From IMG/VR virus record IMGVR_UViG_3300025715_000009, positions 192,001-256,000 of that record: 64,000 nucleotides of DNA. One strand, given 5' to 3'. The notes beneath the pieces were generated by a model, which worked only from the letters and a program-made list of their open reading frames with translations, was not told the origin of the DNA and did no database searches. The translations under genes and the position numbers were made by a program. This document shows, piece after piece, positions 63,294 through 64,000 of the stretch. Numbering within the stretch: the stretch's first letter is position 1; each line of letters begins with the position of its first letter. The DNA comes from a virus. Its lineage: Duplodnaviria; Caudoviricetes.

Positions 63294-64000
63294 TTATTGT
63301 TCAACTGCAGATCCAGTTGCTTGTGCTTTTCTTCTTTGCATAACCTGTCTCTCAGCTTCTAATCCTTCTTCTGGACTTATTTTTCTAACATAAGCCTGTA
63401 GTGTCATTTTAGTTTTATATGACCCATCACTTGTAAAATCATGTTCACTTTCTAATAAAATCCATTGTCTACTAAACATTTGAATTAGTGGATCACGTAT
63501 TATTCCACTTATTTCTTTTCCATCCAAATCAAATACTTTTCTAAGATAACCTTCTTCACCAGCAAAAGAGAAATCTGTTGTCATTATTGTTCTGCCACCT
63601 TCTAATATAGTTCCTATATCTGGATCACCCATAATTTCTACTGTTGCTTTAAATGTATTTTGTGCTATAATTGAAGATAATGTTTGATCCCTTGATGGAA
63701 TGTCATTGCTCATATTACCAGCTTGTAATTGTTCAGCTAATTCTCTTGCACCACCATAATTCTCAATAACTGAATCATATTCTTTTGTGACTGCACCAAA
63801 CGATGTTACTTTCTGCCACCAATTTGGTTTTTTACCCATAAAATCTTGAACTGCTTCAAAAGTATCAAATTTCTTGAGTGTTTCAAGAAATTTTTCCCAA
63901 TTTTTATTTTCTTTTAAATTGGCATATTTTTCTGCTAATTTATCTTTAAACATTCTAAATAATTGTTCGTAAGAATTAAGATCACTTTCCCAATTTAATA
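63294..64000 (-). CDS. Baseplate hub protein (gp27/gpD-like), C-terminal part; start lies beyond the window
   Basis: ATVEIMGDP...G and FSRQWILLESEHDFTSDGSYKTKMTL; frame stays open upstream of 63953 to the edge. Confidence 0.7.
   Translation of the reverse strand, partial: LNWESDLNSYEQLFRMFKDKLAEKYANLKENKNWEKFLETLKKFDTFEAVQDFMGKKPNWWQKVTSFGAVTKEYDSVIENYGGARELAEQLQAGNMSNDIPSRDQTLSSIIAQNTFKATVEIMGDPDIGTILEGGRTIMTTDFSFAGEEGYLRKVFDLDGKEISGIIRDPLIQMFSRQWILLESEHDFTSDGSYKTKMTLQAYVRKISPEEGLEAERQVMQRRKAQATGSAVEQ

Larger units (their letters stand above)
1..64000 (-). mobile_element. Large myovirus-type (jumbo-like) phage genome segment: tail/baseplate/fibre module with accessory genes
   Basis: Co-oriented gp25-, gp6-, gp7-, gp5-, gp53-like and tape measure genes, many tail fibres, minimal intergenic space, no cellular housekeeping operons. 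Confidence 0.95.

Noticed and set aside
1-64000. Stop-codon reassignment, as seen in some large phages
   Set aside because: The standard code gives near-complete coding coverage including a 14-kb ORF, and TAA, TAG and TGA all end genes at sensible positions.
1-64000. tRNA, rRNA or other structured RNA genes
   Set aside because: Intergenic gaps are about 100 nt or less, and none shows a cloverleaf or recognisable RNA family by eye.
26071-64000. Bacterial contractile injection system, tailocin or T6SS locus
   Set aside because: Scale, ORFan blocks, homing endonuclease, gp2-like gene and absence of host genes fit a phage genome better.

Overview
AT-rich, densely coding segment of a large (jumbo-type) contractile-tailed phage genome. 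Almost every real gene is on the minus strand; translation is consistent with the standard code and GGAG-type RBSs. In transcription order (right to left): partial baseplate hub, tape measure, tube-initiator-like protein, LysM/gp53-like wedge, gp5/gpV spike, large tail and fibre proteins, and a 761-aa fibre with a C-terminal autoproteolytic chaperone. Next comes a Cys-x-x-x repeat protein (44 Cys) with two radical SAM enzymes and four accessory genes, then a kdsA-kdsB-FSA-like aldolase cassette and the gp25/gp6/gp7-like wedge genes, interrupted by a putative homing endonuclease. A block of small ORFans follows (stand-alone MshEN-like protein, four-gene MORN array), then a 4755-aa giant fibre/baseplate protein and further fibres and adhesins. 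The best candidate for an undescribed system is a radical-SAM CXXX-repeat maturation cassette whose substrate occupies the tail-tip adhesin position. Other highlights: a Kdo-like sugar cassette possibly fed by an FSA-type aldolase, a possible c-di-GMP-binding protein, a short helix motif shared by 12 small proteins, an AAGATAA promoter-like motif, an unannotated plus-strand ribbon-helix-helix gene with candidate operators, and nested domain insertions in the giant protein. All family calls come from motif recognition by eye; no searches were run.
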